This document shows positions 49,321-61,576 of a DNA stretch of 64,000 nucleotides, one piece after another. Each line of letters begins with the position of its first letter. The stretch's first letter is position 1. The notes below the pieces were generated by a model. It was not told where the DNA came from. It saw only the letters and a program-made list of their open reading frames with translations, and did not search any database. The stretch covers positions 1,116,001-1,180,000 of the forward strand of contig NW_025767546.1 of NCBI RefSeq assembly GCF_003918875.1, read 5' to 3'. Source of the DNA: Haliotis rubra. Lineage: Eukaryota. Position numbers and translations under genes: made by a program.

Positions 49321-51147
49321 TCCAGCAGACTGGAACCAAAGGAGCTGAAAACATCGTCTGGAGTCCCAGAGTGTGTTGAGCAGTCAAAAATGTAATTATT
49401 AAGGATCATTAATTTGGGAGAAGAGACAATTGACGTTAACTGATTATCCATGCAAAATCATACTTTATAAATTTTCTATGATCTGATGAAATATCACAAA
49501 ATACTAATGAAACAAACATTCATTGTTAGAATATCGATCCTGCCATTAAAATTTGTAAAGCATTGTATTATAAAGAGTTATATATTAACCCACCTAATAA
49601 CATGTATAAATAGTTATTAGGTACAGAGAACATGCATAATAAGTTTTCGATATACTAAGTATGTGCATTTTATTTCGGTTGATGGCTTGGATCGTTCACT
49701 TAATTCACTGCGGACAGATTATCCATAATTCCTTATGGTCATTGGTTATTTATAATCATTAATTTACTGGTCGGGAATTGAAGTACAGTATTCACTAGCC
49801 CCATTCAGGAAACATTGGCATGATGGCTGACAGAGGAAATGCTTAACATTAGGTATAATGGATCAGATATGGTGCCATGATTTACCCGTACATCCGTTAC
49901 TATCCGAGCATGATGATTCTATATCTCTGAAGATACATGTGATGTGACTAGTCATGCATAGAATTAGTTTAATTCCATATAAGTTTTCCAAAAGTATTCT
50001 TAATATCCCAGTCTTATTCCTGGGCAGCCTGCATTATAAAGTCACCATGATTAGACAGTCAGATCAGGGCCGCATTAACTGGCCATGTGACTTATACATA
50101 ACCTCCTATGGCAACAGCCTCTTGTTAGCTGGGACAATAGAACATGGAGCATTTCATGCAAAAACAGATTATTATTATTATCGTCATATTGGATCAGGAT
50201 TTTAAGTGTTGCTGTGTGTAAGAATACATGAAGTAGGCATAGCATGACAAAGAATTTTGCGTAATTTTCATGAACAGTTCAGTTGTGAACATGGTGAACT
50301 CGTTCAACTGCAGCTTTGATTAAAATGATTCATTTTCATTTTCAAAGATCTTTTCCTGAAGAACAGGGAATGATGCACATGAATAAATAATCCTGCAATA
50401 TAGTTATATGTGAATATTGTGAAGTATTATTATGCATGCAAAGAGGCCATTAGTTAAAAATAAGATATGGAATTACCCAACTGAAACTGCAGGAAGCTTT
50501 TGGATGCAATGATATACCGGTACTCTGTATTTCTTTTGCATCTGCATATATTTTTTATATATTTTATTTCTGGGAGTATGGAATGCCAGATTTTGTGTAA
50601 ATTCCTGGTTGTGTCTCTGTAGCCCAGTATTTAAAATGACACTTTGACATTGTGTTGACTTGACTTTGACAAGTGACAGGGTAACAAAGGTTGTTAAAAC
50701 TGTCTGATGGACGGTTGTCAGTGAATCCTGTCACTTATTATGACTTATCCGTTTATAATATGTTTTCAATACAGTCACACTTACTTGTAAAAAACATTAA
50801 CCTAAATGTTACCAAATGTTAACAGACCATGGTTCTTTAACGTTAGCTGTTAACACTTTTGTTAATTCTTTTACTGTATAAAAATAATGGTGCAGATTTT
50901 GCAGAACTATTTTAGAGAAATGAAGTGAAATTTCTAATTTTGTATTTTGATGTAAGAAAGGATAATTATTTGTATGAAAATGTCACGAAAAAAAAAAATA
51001 TCATAGATGTTAGGAAAGATATTACATGTTTAAATCCGTTATTTTTGATAATGATAGCAGAACAGACCAGTGTTAATATCTGGGCAGCATCATTGACTCA
51101 TAACTCACATGGGATGCAAACAGGTATGTAAGGGTCAACAGAGGTTT

Positions 51148-51316
51148 GAGGCAGTGGGGTAGCCTAATGGTTAAAGCGGGTCCGCCCACCACGCTGAAGA
51201 CCTCGGTTCGATTCCTGATATGGGTACAATGTAAGAAGCCTATTTCTGGTGTCCCCACCATGATATTGCTGGAACATTGCTAACAGCGGTGTAAAACCAT
51301 ACTCACTCACTCACTC
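51148..51316 (+). mobile_element. Family-1 SINE
   Basis: GGGTAGCCTAATGGTTAAAGCG...GGTTCGATTCC...ACTCACTCACTCACTCA. Confidence 0.85.
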
Positions 51317-51924
51317 AAAAGTGGTTGTTTTCTATGTTGTTTAAGACATTTTCAGATTGACTCTACCTTCATGTCATGTTTTTTAAAACACTGTTATCTG
51401 TTCACTGATTTGCTGATGCTGAGAACAAACAGGGCCTGGGTTGTATTCATGAATGCTAGTACAAAGTTTTTGTGATCATAAATTGTTGATCATCCTTTTG
51501 TTGGTGACTCATTTAATCTATATTATATGTGTGACCTCCTTATTTCCTTGTGCTGATGTAACCCATGTTTCCGTGGTGATGATAAAGTGTTATCTTGTCA
51601 CTGCTTGTTGACAGAATGTATTCTGTAGGGATCATACAATGATTGTATGTCAAACAGTATATGTACACTTACATTTGCCACAATTGGACGTCCCTTCAAT
51701 TTACTGGCCCAAGCCATACTATACCTTTGTCCAGTTCATAATTGAGAAAAGAAATGTTGGTTATGCCTCCATCTTGGAACAAGGTCGTTGTGCTGCATGG
51801 TGTTCCCACTTGTAATGGGGTGACCGTCCCGGGTACACATTACAGCCACTACTGGTCAAGTACTGGTCAGTGTGGTCATGTCAGGGAAACAGAGTCGTTC
51901 TTCAAGAAGGGCACTAATTAATCT

Positions 51925-52092
51925 GGGCGGTGGGGTAGCCTAGTGATTAAAGGGTTCGCTCATCACACGGAAGACCTGGGTTTGATTCCCGACATGGGTA
52001 CAATGTTTGAAACCCATTTCTGGTGTCCCCTTGCCATGACATTGCTGGAATATTGCTAAACGCGGCATAAAATCAAACTCATTCACTCACTA
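51925..52092 (+). mobile_element. Family-1 SINE
   Basis: GGGCGGTGGGGTAGCCTAGTG...GGTTTGATTCCC...tail. Confidence 0.85.
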
Positions 52093-52139
52093 CTTTTTTA
52101 GTATGTTCCTCAACAACATCAACCACTTGTAATTTGATT

Positions 52140-52702
52140 CTTTACCATGACATATAATGTGTGGGGATATAGTCAACGCCTATGAAGTGTGTGTCCGTCC
52201 GTCCTAAATAATTTCATTTCCGGAGCGTAACTGAAAAGAACAAAAATTTGTATATGTATCAAACAGAACCTGAAGTGGTGCCTTTTGAGCTAACTCAAAA
52301 ATTGCTCAATATCTATCAATAAAACTTGGCAGACATATGATACAGATCCCAAAGTAGTGCCTTTTGCTATTTGCGGATTTTTGGCATTTTTTATTTTTCT
52401 TGTTTTCCATTGAAACGAATCAGACTTAGTCTCAAAAGGGAGGGATGGGCTTCGTTTCTGGAGCACAACTTGAAAGCCGTTCAGTATCTTTCTACAACTA
52501 CAAGACTTGGCAGATATATCAAACAGATCTTGAAGTGGTGCCTTCTGCTATTTGCAGATTTTTTGCGTTTATATTTTTCTTTCATGATTTCCATGGAAAC
52601 GATTTGGACTTAGTCTAAAGGACTTTAAGTAACTCTCAGATGATTTGTTCTTTCAAATTTGTGGGGGCCGGGGGGATTTATCATCTTCTGATGACTCTTG
52701 TT
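52140..52702 (+). mobile_element. Helentron-associated non-autonomous element (HINE/DINE-1/pearl-like)
   Basis: T-rich start, (GTCC)n microsatellite at ~52194-52204, internal tandem core (CAGA.C..AAGT.GTGCCTT.TG, three times), 3' hairpin TCATC-TTCT-GATGA followed by CTCTTGTT. Confidence 0.65.
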
Positions 52703-52750
52703 TGTATTTTACAGCCGTCCTAAAGTGGTGACCTTGACCTTGATCTAACC

Positions 52751-55700
52751 ATGGCAGCCCTTACAGCGCTAATGGACAAATATACATGGGTCATGACCGA
52801 GTTGAGAGGTAAGGACATCATGTTTTAAAAATGTAGAGGATATCTGAAGGTGTGTAAAAAATATGTTCAATGTTCTTCAGGCAGGAGTTTCAGTATTGTT
52901 TAGCAAACCCACTTGTAGATAACCTTATGTGATTTATGACATGAGGTGGTTGATAGCCTGGTGCTAAAAGCATTCACTCCTAACACTAAACCATGGTTAT
53001 AATAATGCTAGCAAGAGCTATATACCAGTGTTCTTCATTCTTAATTCATTAATAAGATGAAAATGAATGATGTCTCAAATTATGTGACTGGGTGTTTTGC
53101 TTCTTTTATTCTCTCTGTAACATATACAAAGCAGCAATTGTTTAATATATTGTTTTTATGTAGTAATACATTCTTGAGTTGTTTACCGTGTTAATGTGTT
53201 TACTGACAGCTGATTGACAGACTGAGTACGAGTCCACTGGAGAGTTACATATGTTATATTAGGGATTACACTTTCTCAATAAAGTACAGATTCTAGTACT
53301 TTCGTTAGGTTAAGTCCCATACAGGATTCAAACTCACACCCTCAGAGTCAGGCACCTAATCGCCAGCACACAAAGTCAGCCATCTAACCCGCTCAGCCAC
53401 CGATGCTTCCAACAGAAGTACTAGAATCTGTACTTTACTGACAAAGTGTAATCCCAAATATATCATATGTTACATTTGACCACTTTCCTAAAATGGGATT
53501 GTCTATTCATTGAAGAGTTATTGTTAACACACATTGTTAACCTCTGATCTGTGTTACCTGTGATGCTGAATCTCTTGTAGTGGAGATATGGAGATGGTAA
53601 CTAATATCTCAACTGTAGTAAATAACCATGGTAACTGTTTGTGATGTTTACGTTTTTGTATTACAACACAATAGTAACTGATATCTATGCTGTTTTAGAA
53701 AATAACCGTGGTAACTGTTTATGGTATCTGTGTTGTTGTAGATGTTAATCAGGTGACTAATATTCCTGCTGTAGTAGTGTTACGTGAGCTTCTTTCCTTT
53801 AGAACGCTGCCATTTTTCTTTCTACCTCACGTCACTCTCTTACCTAAAATACTATTTTCCTAAAGCAAACGTTTATGCAAAACCAATTAACAGTGAGCTA
53901 CTACTGAAACATTGTTCTGTGACAATTTCTGAACTAGCAAGCATATCTTTGATTAAAAACAAAATAACTAGCCAATAAAATGTATGTTACATGACAGTAG
54001 AAGATCACCATGGTAACTGTTCATAGCATATATACTGTAAGTAACTGTGATATCTGATATCGGTGTTTTTGTAGACCCTCGGACGGATGGATGGTTTATG
54101 ATGGAATCTGTGTGGCCGACGGTGGCTGCAGTGTTGGTGTATCTTGTTGTTGTTGCCTGGGGTAGCAGGCTGATGTCCAATCGCCCAGCCTTCAAGGTCA
54201 ACAACCTCCTCGTGGCGTACAACTTCCTCCTCATGCTGCTGTGTATGTACCTGTTTGTTGAGGTAATCCAACTTCTTCCTCATGCTGCTGTGTATGTACC
54301 TGTTTGTTGAGGTAATCCACCACTTGCACATTTTTTGTTAGCAGGATCTTGTTAACCAAGTCATCTAAGGAGGCACATTTTTTAGAGTTGCCTCCATTAG
54401 CAGTGTCAGATCTTGTTAACCCTCCATTTTAGCATTAGCGGTGTCAGGATCTTGTTAACCAAGTCATCTAAGGAGGCACATTTTAGACAGGCACAGAGTT
54501 GCCTCCATTAGCGGTGTCAGGATCTTGTTAACCAAGTCATCTAAGGAGGCACATTTTAGACAGGCACAGAGTTGCCTCCATTAGCGGTGTCAGGATCTTG
54601 TTAACCAAGTCATCTAAGGAGGCACATTTTAGACAGGCACAGAGTTGCCTCCATTAGCGGTGTCAGGATCTTGTTAACCAAGTCATCTAAGGAGGCACAT
54701 TTAGACAGGCACAGAGTTGCCTCCATTAGCTGTGTCAGGATCTTGTTAACCAAGTTATCTAAGGAGGCACATTTTAGACAGGCAGATCTTGTTTGTTATC
54801 TAAGGAGGCACATTTTAGGCACAGAGTTGCCTCAGGATCAGGATTGTTAACCAAGTCATCTAAGGAGGCACAGTTTTTAGACAGGATCTTGTTAACCAAG
54901 TCATCTAAGGAGGCACATTTTAGACAGGCACAGAGTTGCCTCCATTAGCGGTGTCAGGATCTTGTTAACCAAGTCATCTAAGGAGGCACATTTTAGACAG
55001 GCACAGAGTTGCCTCCATTAGCGGTGTCAGGATCTTGTTAACCAAGTCATCTAAGGAGGCACATTTTAGACAGGCACAGAGTTGCCTCCATTAGCGGTGT
55101 CAGGATCTTGTTAACCAAGTCATCTAAGGAGGCACATTTTAGACAGGCACAGAGTTGCCTCCATTAGCGTGTCAGGATCTTGTTAACCAAGTCATCTAAG
55201 GAGGCACATTTTAGACAGGCACAGAGTTGCCTCCATTAGCGGTGTCAGGATCTTGTTAACCAAGTTATCTAAGGAGGCACATTTTAGACAGGCACAGAGT
55301 TGCCTCCATTAGCTGGTGTCAGGATCTTGTTAACCAAGTCATCTAAGGAGGCACATTTTAGACAGGCACAGAGTTGCCTCCATTAGCGGTGTCAGGATCT
55401 TGTTAACCAAGTCATCTAAGGAGGCACATTTTAGACAGGCACAGAGTTGCCTCCATTAGCGTGTGTCAGGATCTTGTTAACCAAGTCATCTAAGGAGGCA
55501 CATTTTAGACAGGCACAGAGTTGCCTCCATTAGCTGTGTCAGGATCTTGTTAACCAAGTTATCTAAGGAGGCACATTTTAGACAGGCACAGAGTTGCCTC
55601 CATTAGCGTGGTGTCAGGATCTTGTTAACCAAGTCATCTAAGGAGGCACATTTTAGACAGGCACAGAGTTGCCTCCATTAGCGGTGTCAGGATCTTGTTA

Positions 55701-58700
55701 ACCAAGTTATCTAAGGAGGCACATTTTAGACAGGCACAGAGTTGCCTCCATTAGGTGTCAGGATCTTGTTAACCAAGCCATCTAAGGAGGCACATTTTAG
55801 ACAGGCACAGTTGCCTATTAGCGTGATGTCAGGATCTTGTTAACCAAGTCATCTAAGGAGGCACATTTTAGACAGGCACAGAGTTGCCTCCATTAGCTGT
55901 GTCAGGATCTTGTTAACCAAGTCATCTAAAGGAGGCACATTTTAGAGCGGTGTCAGGCACAAGAGTTGCACAGAGTTGCCTCCATTAGCGGTGTCAGGAT
56001 CTTGTTAACCAAGTTATCTAAGGAGGCACATTTTAGACAGGCACAGAGTTGCCTCCATTAGCGTGTCAGGATCTTGTTAACCAAGTCATCTAAGGAGGCA
56101 CATTTTAGACAGGCACAGAGTTGCCTCCATTAGCGTGTCAGGATCTTGTTAACCAAGTTATCTAAGGAGGCACATTTTAGACAGGCACAGAGTTGCCTCC
56201 ATTAGCGGTGTCAGGATCTTGTTAACCAAGTCATCTAAGGAGGCACATTTTAGACAGGCACAGAGTTGCCTCCATTAGCGTGTCAGGATCTTGTTAACCA
56301 AGTTATCTAAGGAGGCACATTTTAGACAGGCACAGAGTTGCCTCCATTAGCTGTGTCAGGATCTTGTTAACCAAGTTATCTAAGGAGGCACATTTTAGAC
56401 AGGCACAGAGTTGCCTCCATTAGCGTGTGTCAGGATCTTGTTAACCAAGTCATCTAAGGAGGCACATTTTAGACAGGCACAGAGTTGCCTCCATTAAGTT
56501 GCATTAGCGTGATGTCAGGATCTTGTTAACCAAGTCATCTAAGGAGGCAGGGATCTTCCATTAACCAAGTTATCTAGGAGGCACATTTTAGACAGGCACA
56601 GAGTTGCCTCCATTAGCGGTGTCAGGATCTTGTTAACCAAGTTATCTAAGGAGGCACATTTTAGACAGGCACAGAGTTGCCTCCATTAGCGGTGTCAGGA
56701 TCTTGTTAACCAAGTTATCTAAGGAGGCACATTTTAGACAGGCACAGAGTTGCCTCCATTAGCGGTGTCAGGATCTTGTTAACCAAGTTATCTAAGGAGG
56801 CACATTTTAGACAGGCACAGAGTTGCCTCCATTAGCGGTGTCAGGATCTTGTTAACCAAGTTATCTAAGGAGGCACATTTTAGACAGGCACAGAGTTGCC
56901 TGCATTAGCGGTGTCAGGATCTTGTTAACCAAGTTATCTAAGGAGGCACATTTTAGACAGGCACAGAGTTGCCTCCATTAGCGGTGTCAGGATCTTGTTA
57001 ACCAAGTTATCTAAGGAGGCACATTTTAGACAGGCACAGAGTTGCCTCCATTAGCGGTGTCAGGATCTTGTTAACCAAGTTATCTAAGGAGGCACATTTT
57101 AGACAGGCAGTGAGTTGCCTCCATTAGCGGTGTCAGGATCTTGTTCACCAAGTTATCTAAGGAGGCACATTTTAGACAGGCACAGAGTTGCCTCCATTAG
57201 CGGTGTCAGAATCGCAGATTCACTTATATTGTTGGTGGGATTAAGCTGGTGCTGATGGGTTAAAGTGGTGATTTAACTGACATTCAAATCGTTCAGAGCA
57301 TCATTATGAGTAAACAAAAATAATTCCAGCCTCCCTGATACCAGTTAGCCCGACTCTTATATTCTCAACTTTGGCAGCACCTTTTTCACAAAGACGTTGG
57401 TGCCGTGACGATCACAATACTTAGTCAACAGTTCAAGCACAGTTCAAGGTTTATAATCATAATAAATGTGCATTTGTAATGCGCCTTTTCCATATACAAG
57501 GCATATGCTCAAAGCGCTGACATGTTACAATTATATGCAAATGTACAGGGAGGGAAATATAGTTAGTTGTAATGAGAGGAAAACAGGTGGGTCTTCAGCA
57601 AGTGCTTGAATAGTGTAAAGTCAGCTGCTGATCCTATGGCCAAAGGGAGAGAATGTGGAAGATAATTCCACAGTAGAGGGGCAGCAACAAGCAAAGGAAA
57701 GGTTTCTCTGCTAAACCACAATCTTGGGTATGCTTGGTAACGATCTTCAGTGACAATTGTGTATCATTCAGTAATAGGCCGGGGCTAACATACTAAACTC
57801 CTTCAATGTGATCAGGATTTTAAGAGAAAACAATTTCTTATCTAAAATGTGAGCAGAACATTTTGATTTCCATGATACCTTGAACAATGTTTATGATGGG
57901 TTATTATGTGAGAATGTAGAGTTATTATGTGAGGATGTAGAGTTATTATGTGAGGATGTAGAGTTATTATGTGAGAATGTAGGGTTATTATGTGAGAATG
58001 TAGAGTTATTATGTGAGAATGTAGAGTTATTGGACTGCCATATGTGTTTCTGGACTCAAAGTTACTGCGTTGCCCCCTGTGGTGCTTATTGGTACACCTC
58101 TACACTTCAGTTTGTCATCTCTGCCTGGCTGCAGCCGGGGTTCAGTCTAACCTGTCAACCTGTAGACTACTCCAATGATCCTATGGCGGTGCGGGTGAGT
58201 AGCCAACAGTTATTCTGCAGATGGGGAACAATTGTCGAAATTGGAAAGGGATACATCCTCGATAATCTCCGGGGTATATGTTCCGATAAATCTCATCTTA
58301 GTACCCTGGATGCATCTACGGCTCAGCCCGATAATTAGATTACCTTCCTTTGCTGGCTCCAACTTCTCACTGTAGCCAATCAGATAAGTTGTTATAACTG
58401 AGCTTGCCAGTGTCAACTAAGATTGCGGCCACAGTCCACGAAGGTTTGTTCGCTGTGGGACTCAGTTTTAGGGAAAAAATAATACAGACAAATTGACAGG
58501 TTTGAAACCTTCAAAAAATATATGCAGGAACTCCTTCTACCACTTTCCAGGTACCTCAACGATTGTGTTGCAAAGTTTAATTGGTTAGATAAAGGAAGTG
58601 GAATTGAGTTATGGTAAAAGCCTTGTGATTGGTACGCTCGACTTCCCTGTGTATTTCCTTCCATGGTATCATAAAACATCCCAAACTGGTGCTATCAGTA

Positions 58701-61091
58701 AAACTGTTATACTGTACACTCTTCTTATGGAACAAGATAGAGGGATGATATTTAATTCATCTTTGTACCCTGAATGCTGCATTTCTGCTGTTTTATCACT
58801 GACTGGAGTATGTGTTGTGTTTCAGCTGGCACATGTGTGTTGGTGGTTTTACTTCTCCAAGCTTATAGAGCTGCTAGATACCGTAAGTACTTACTGTAGG
58901 TATTTAGGAGACATGCCTAGTTTATGACTAATAACATTAGATGACACTGGTTTGTATGGAAGGTAACCTTTCATGGCTAATCTGTGCCTTTCTCTAATGT
59001 TCACAGATATCCTTTCAGAGGACATGAGAGAAATAGATTTCATTAACACTTTGACAAACCAATGAAATGACTTCAGGGGGAATCTACATTAGCCAATCAC
59101 TAAGTAGGTTTTTTGAGCCTTAGGGACCGTTCATAATTTATGAGGGGTGGGGGGATGTGATGATGATTTTAAGGGGGTCATCCATTTTGTTCTTGGGAGG
59201 TAGGGGGTTATCAAATTTGTACACATGTTCTAGGGGGTCAGCAATTTTGTACATAAAAATACTTTCAAGTTATGCTTTAAAAATATGGGAAGGGGAGGGG
59301 GCATTGATTTTGTACATGACATGTGGGGGTCACTTACTTTGTACATAAATTTTAGGGGGTCATTCACATTGTACATGCTTCTCCATTAAAATCATCATCA
59401 CCCTCCCTAGCCATAAATTATGAACGGTCCCTTATGGCACAAGATTCAAAATGGTTATTTCCATTTCACACAACACACTATGAAAAATACTTTGACAGTG
59501 GATCATCATCTAAGGGACCGTTCATAATTTATGGCTAGAGGGGTGATGATGATTATTATTTTAAGGGGGGGGGTCACCCGTTTTGTTCTGGGGAGCTAGG
59601 GGGGTCAGCAATTTTGTACATAAAAATATGTTTAAAATTATGCTTGGAAATTATGGGAAGGGGAGGGGCGGTCATTGATTTTGTACATGACATGCAAGGG
59701 GGTCACTTATTTTGCACATAAATTTTAGGGGAGCCATTCACATTGTACATGCTACTCCATAGAAATCATCATCACCCCCAACCCCCCCCTAGCCATAAAT
59801 TATGAACGGTCCCTAATAGAAGACATCAGCTAGTTTGACTAAAATAACTTTAGTTTGAGGTGAAACATTTGTAAACTCTAATCAATTTCTTTCTTGTGTT
59901 GAGAAAGAGAGTGTGGTTTCTGTGACCATGTCCAAGTATTGTGTTATCAGTTTAGTAATATAAGTGGGAGCACCTGACTGACTGTCTTTTCTGCAGGTGT
60001 TTTTCGTTCTACGGAAGAAAGGTAACCAGATCTCATTCCTCCATCTGTACCATCACTCTACTATGCCCATTCTCTGGTGGGCAGGGGCCAGGTTCGTCCC
60101 AGGAGGTGAAGGTCAGTGTCAAACTGTTATGCCACAACAACAACATTAAAAAAATCAGTTGTTTTAAGTTGTCTTTGTCCTGACTCATACGTTATTGCTT
60201 TATCTCCCTTTCCTTTCGAGGTACAGTGGAAACCTCTGTCCTGTTGTTCCCTAATGAACAGTCAAAAATAGCTCACCCCAAATGGGCCTCTCCCTGCCTC
60301 AGTGCCAGCATCCCATGTGACAGCTAGCTGCTTGTCAGTCTCTTGAACTAAGTTGTCTGTTAGCAGTCACTGTTCTCTAGTTGTCATCAATGTCATTATT
60401 TGTTTGGATTTTATGGTGCGTGTAATGAGACCGTGAATGTTGCAGGTTACTTCTCGGCCAGCATCAACTGTTTGATTCATGTGATCATGTACCTGTACTA
60501 CCTCCTGTCTGCCATGGGGCCCAGCATGAAGAAGTACCTGTGGTGGAAGAAGTACATGACCACAATGCAGCTGGTGAGTACTCACATTCACGTCCATGCT
60601 GGTGGGAGTCCCTGGCCATGTACACCCTCCTTGACGAGCTGGAATCTCTTTGAACACTTTTATCTGTTCTGGAAAAACATTGTCAGGATTTTGCTAACCC
60701 AACTTAATATTTGAGTGAGTTCTAAGAAAAATGAGTTATTCGGCTGAGTACTGCTGAAATATTTTCTGTGCCTGATGCACTTTGACGTGACAAATTATCA
60801 CTCCTCTTCCTCTTCCCACAGATGCAGTTCTGGGCCATCCTCGGCCACACCACCTACTCCATTTACCTCGACTGTGGCTACCCCCTCGGCTACAACATCG
60901 GCTTCCTCACCTACATGATCTCACACATCGTCCTCTTCTCCAACTTCTACTACCAGACCTACATCAATAAGTCCCAGCGTCCCACCTCTCTGGAGAACGG
61001 TAGCGCCAAGGCCAAGCAAAAGAATGGCATCATTAACGGCACCGTCCAAAGCGGAGTGACAAATGGCAGTCTGCGGAAGCGGATTGAATGA
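52751..61091 (+). CDS. Very-long-chain fatty acid elongase (gene B; ELOVL4 or ELOVL1/7-related, subfamily uncertain)
   Basis: Coding exons 52751-52808, 54075-54262, 58111-58194, 58826-58882, 59997-60111, 60446-60573, 60822-61091; 299 aa. Motifs [54 protein letters not shown]; C-terminus LRKRIE. Confidence 0.93.
53247..53470. mobile_element. Foldback element: ~55-bp inverted repeats enclosing a tRNA-like (Pol III A/B box) core
   Basis: GGGATTACACTTT.TCA.TAAAGTACAGATTCTAGTACTT and its reverse complement; minus-strand core GGTGGCTGAGCGGGTTAG...GAGTTTGAATCC. Confidence 0.7.
54221..54319 (+). repeat. 49-bp tandem duplication of the ELOVL B exon 3' end plus donor site
   Basis: ...CTCATGCTGCTGTGTATGTACCTGTTTGTTGAGGTAATCCA occurs twice. 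Confidence 0.92.
54340..57210 (+). repeat. 73-bp minisatellite (~39 copies) in an ELOVL B intron
   Basis: Unit CAGGATCTTGTTAACCAAGT(C/T)ATCTAAGGAGGCACATTTTAGACAGGCACAGAGTTGCCTCCATTAGCGGTGT. Confidence 0.96.
57465..57830 (-). mobile_element. 3' fragment of an L2/CR1-group LINE
   Basis: Minus strand reads [11 protein letters not shown]...[10 protein letters not shown] (RT C-terminal motif), followed by a 3' tail GCGCTTTGAGC...GAAAAGGCGCATTACAAAT. Confidence 0.75.
57895..58030 (+). repeat. 21-bp tandem repeat (~6 copies)
   Basis: AGAGTTATTATGTGAG(A/G)ATGT. Confidence 0.9.
59123..59431 (+). mobile_element. PIF/Harbinger (Tourist-like) MITE, copy 1
   Basis: TIR GGGACCGTTCATAATTT / AAATTATGAACGGTCCC; TTA TSD on both sides. 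Confidence 0.9.
59514..59813 (+). mobile_element. PIF/Harbinger (Tourist-like) MITE, copy 2
   Basis: TIR GGGACCGTTCATAATTTATGGCTAG / CTAGCCATAAATTATGAACGGTCCC; TAA TSD on both sides. Confidence 0.9.
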
Positions 61092-61576
61092 TGAAGGGCC
61101 AGAGTAGTTGTTAGTGATGTTTGTGTAACTGAATATCAGATATAACTAACTGACACTCATGTCAACTGACAATCATCCTGCCGATAGTGCTTACAACATT
61201 CATTGTACATCACTGTTCAGGGCTGCTAAACTTGTCATCAGGGCCCCTACCAAGCTCACCTATATCACATAATGTACTTATGTCACATGCAGTCATGGCT
61301 CAATATTACTTCCTCCTCTGCCAAGGGATCTCACACAGACTGAGACATACTTTCAGCATACCAGTGTTATCAGTGAATCCACTGCCTTCACATTGTAGAA
61401 TTATTCTACTGCAGGGATAGTTTTTAGGGTTTCACTTGTGTTCATTGCTCACCTTCCAATGAAATATGCCAGTACAGTCTGCAGAGGGAATATACGTGTG
61501 GCCTGTCATTCATTAGTCCAAGGAGAAAGGTGTAGTGATATGTTTGTTGCACAAGCCTGGTGAAATGTCCATGGAA

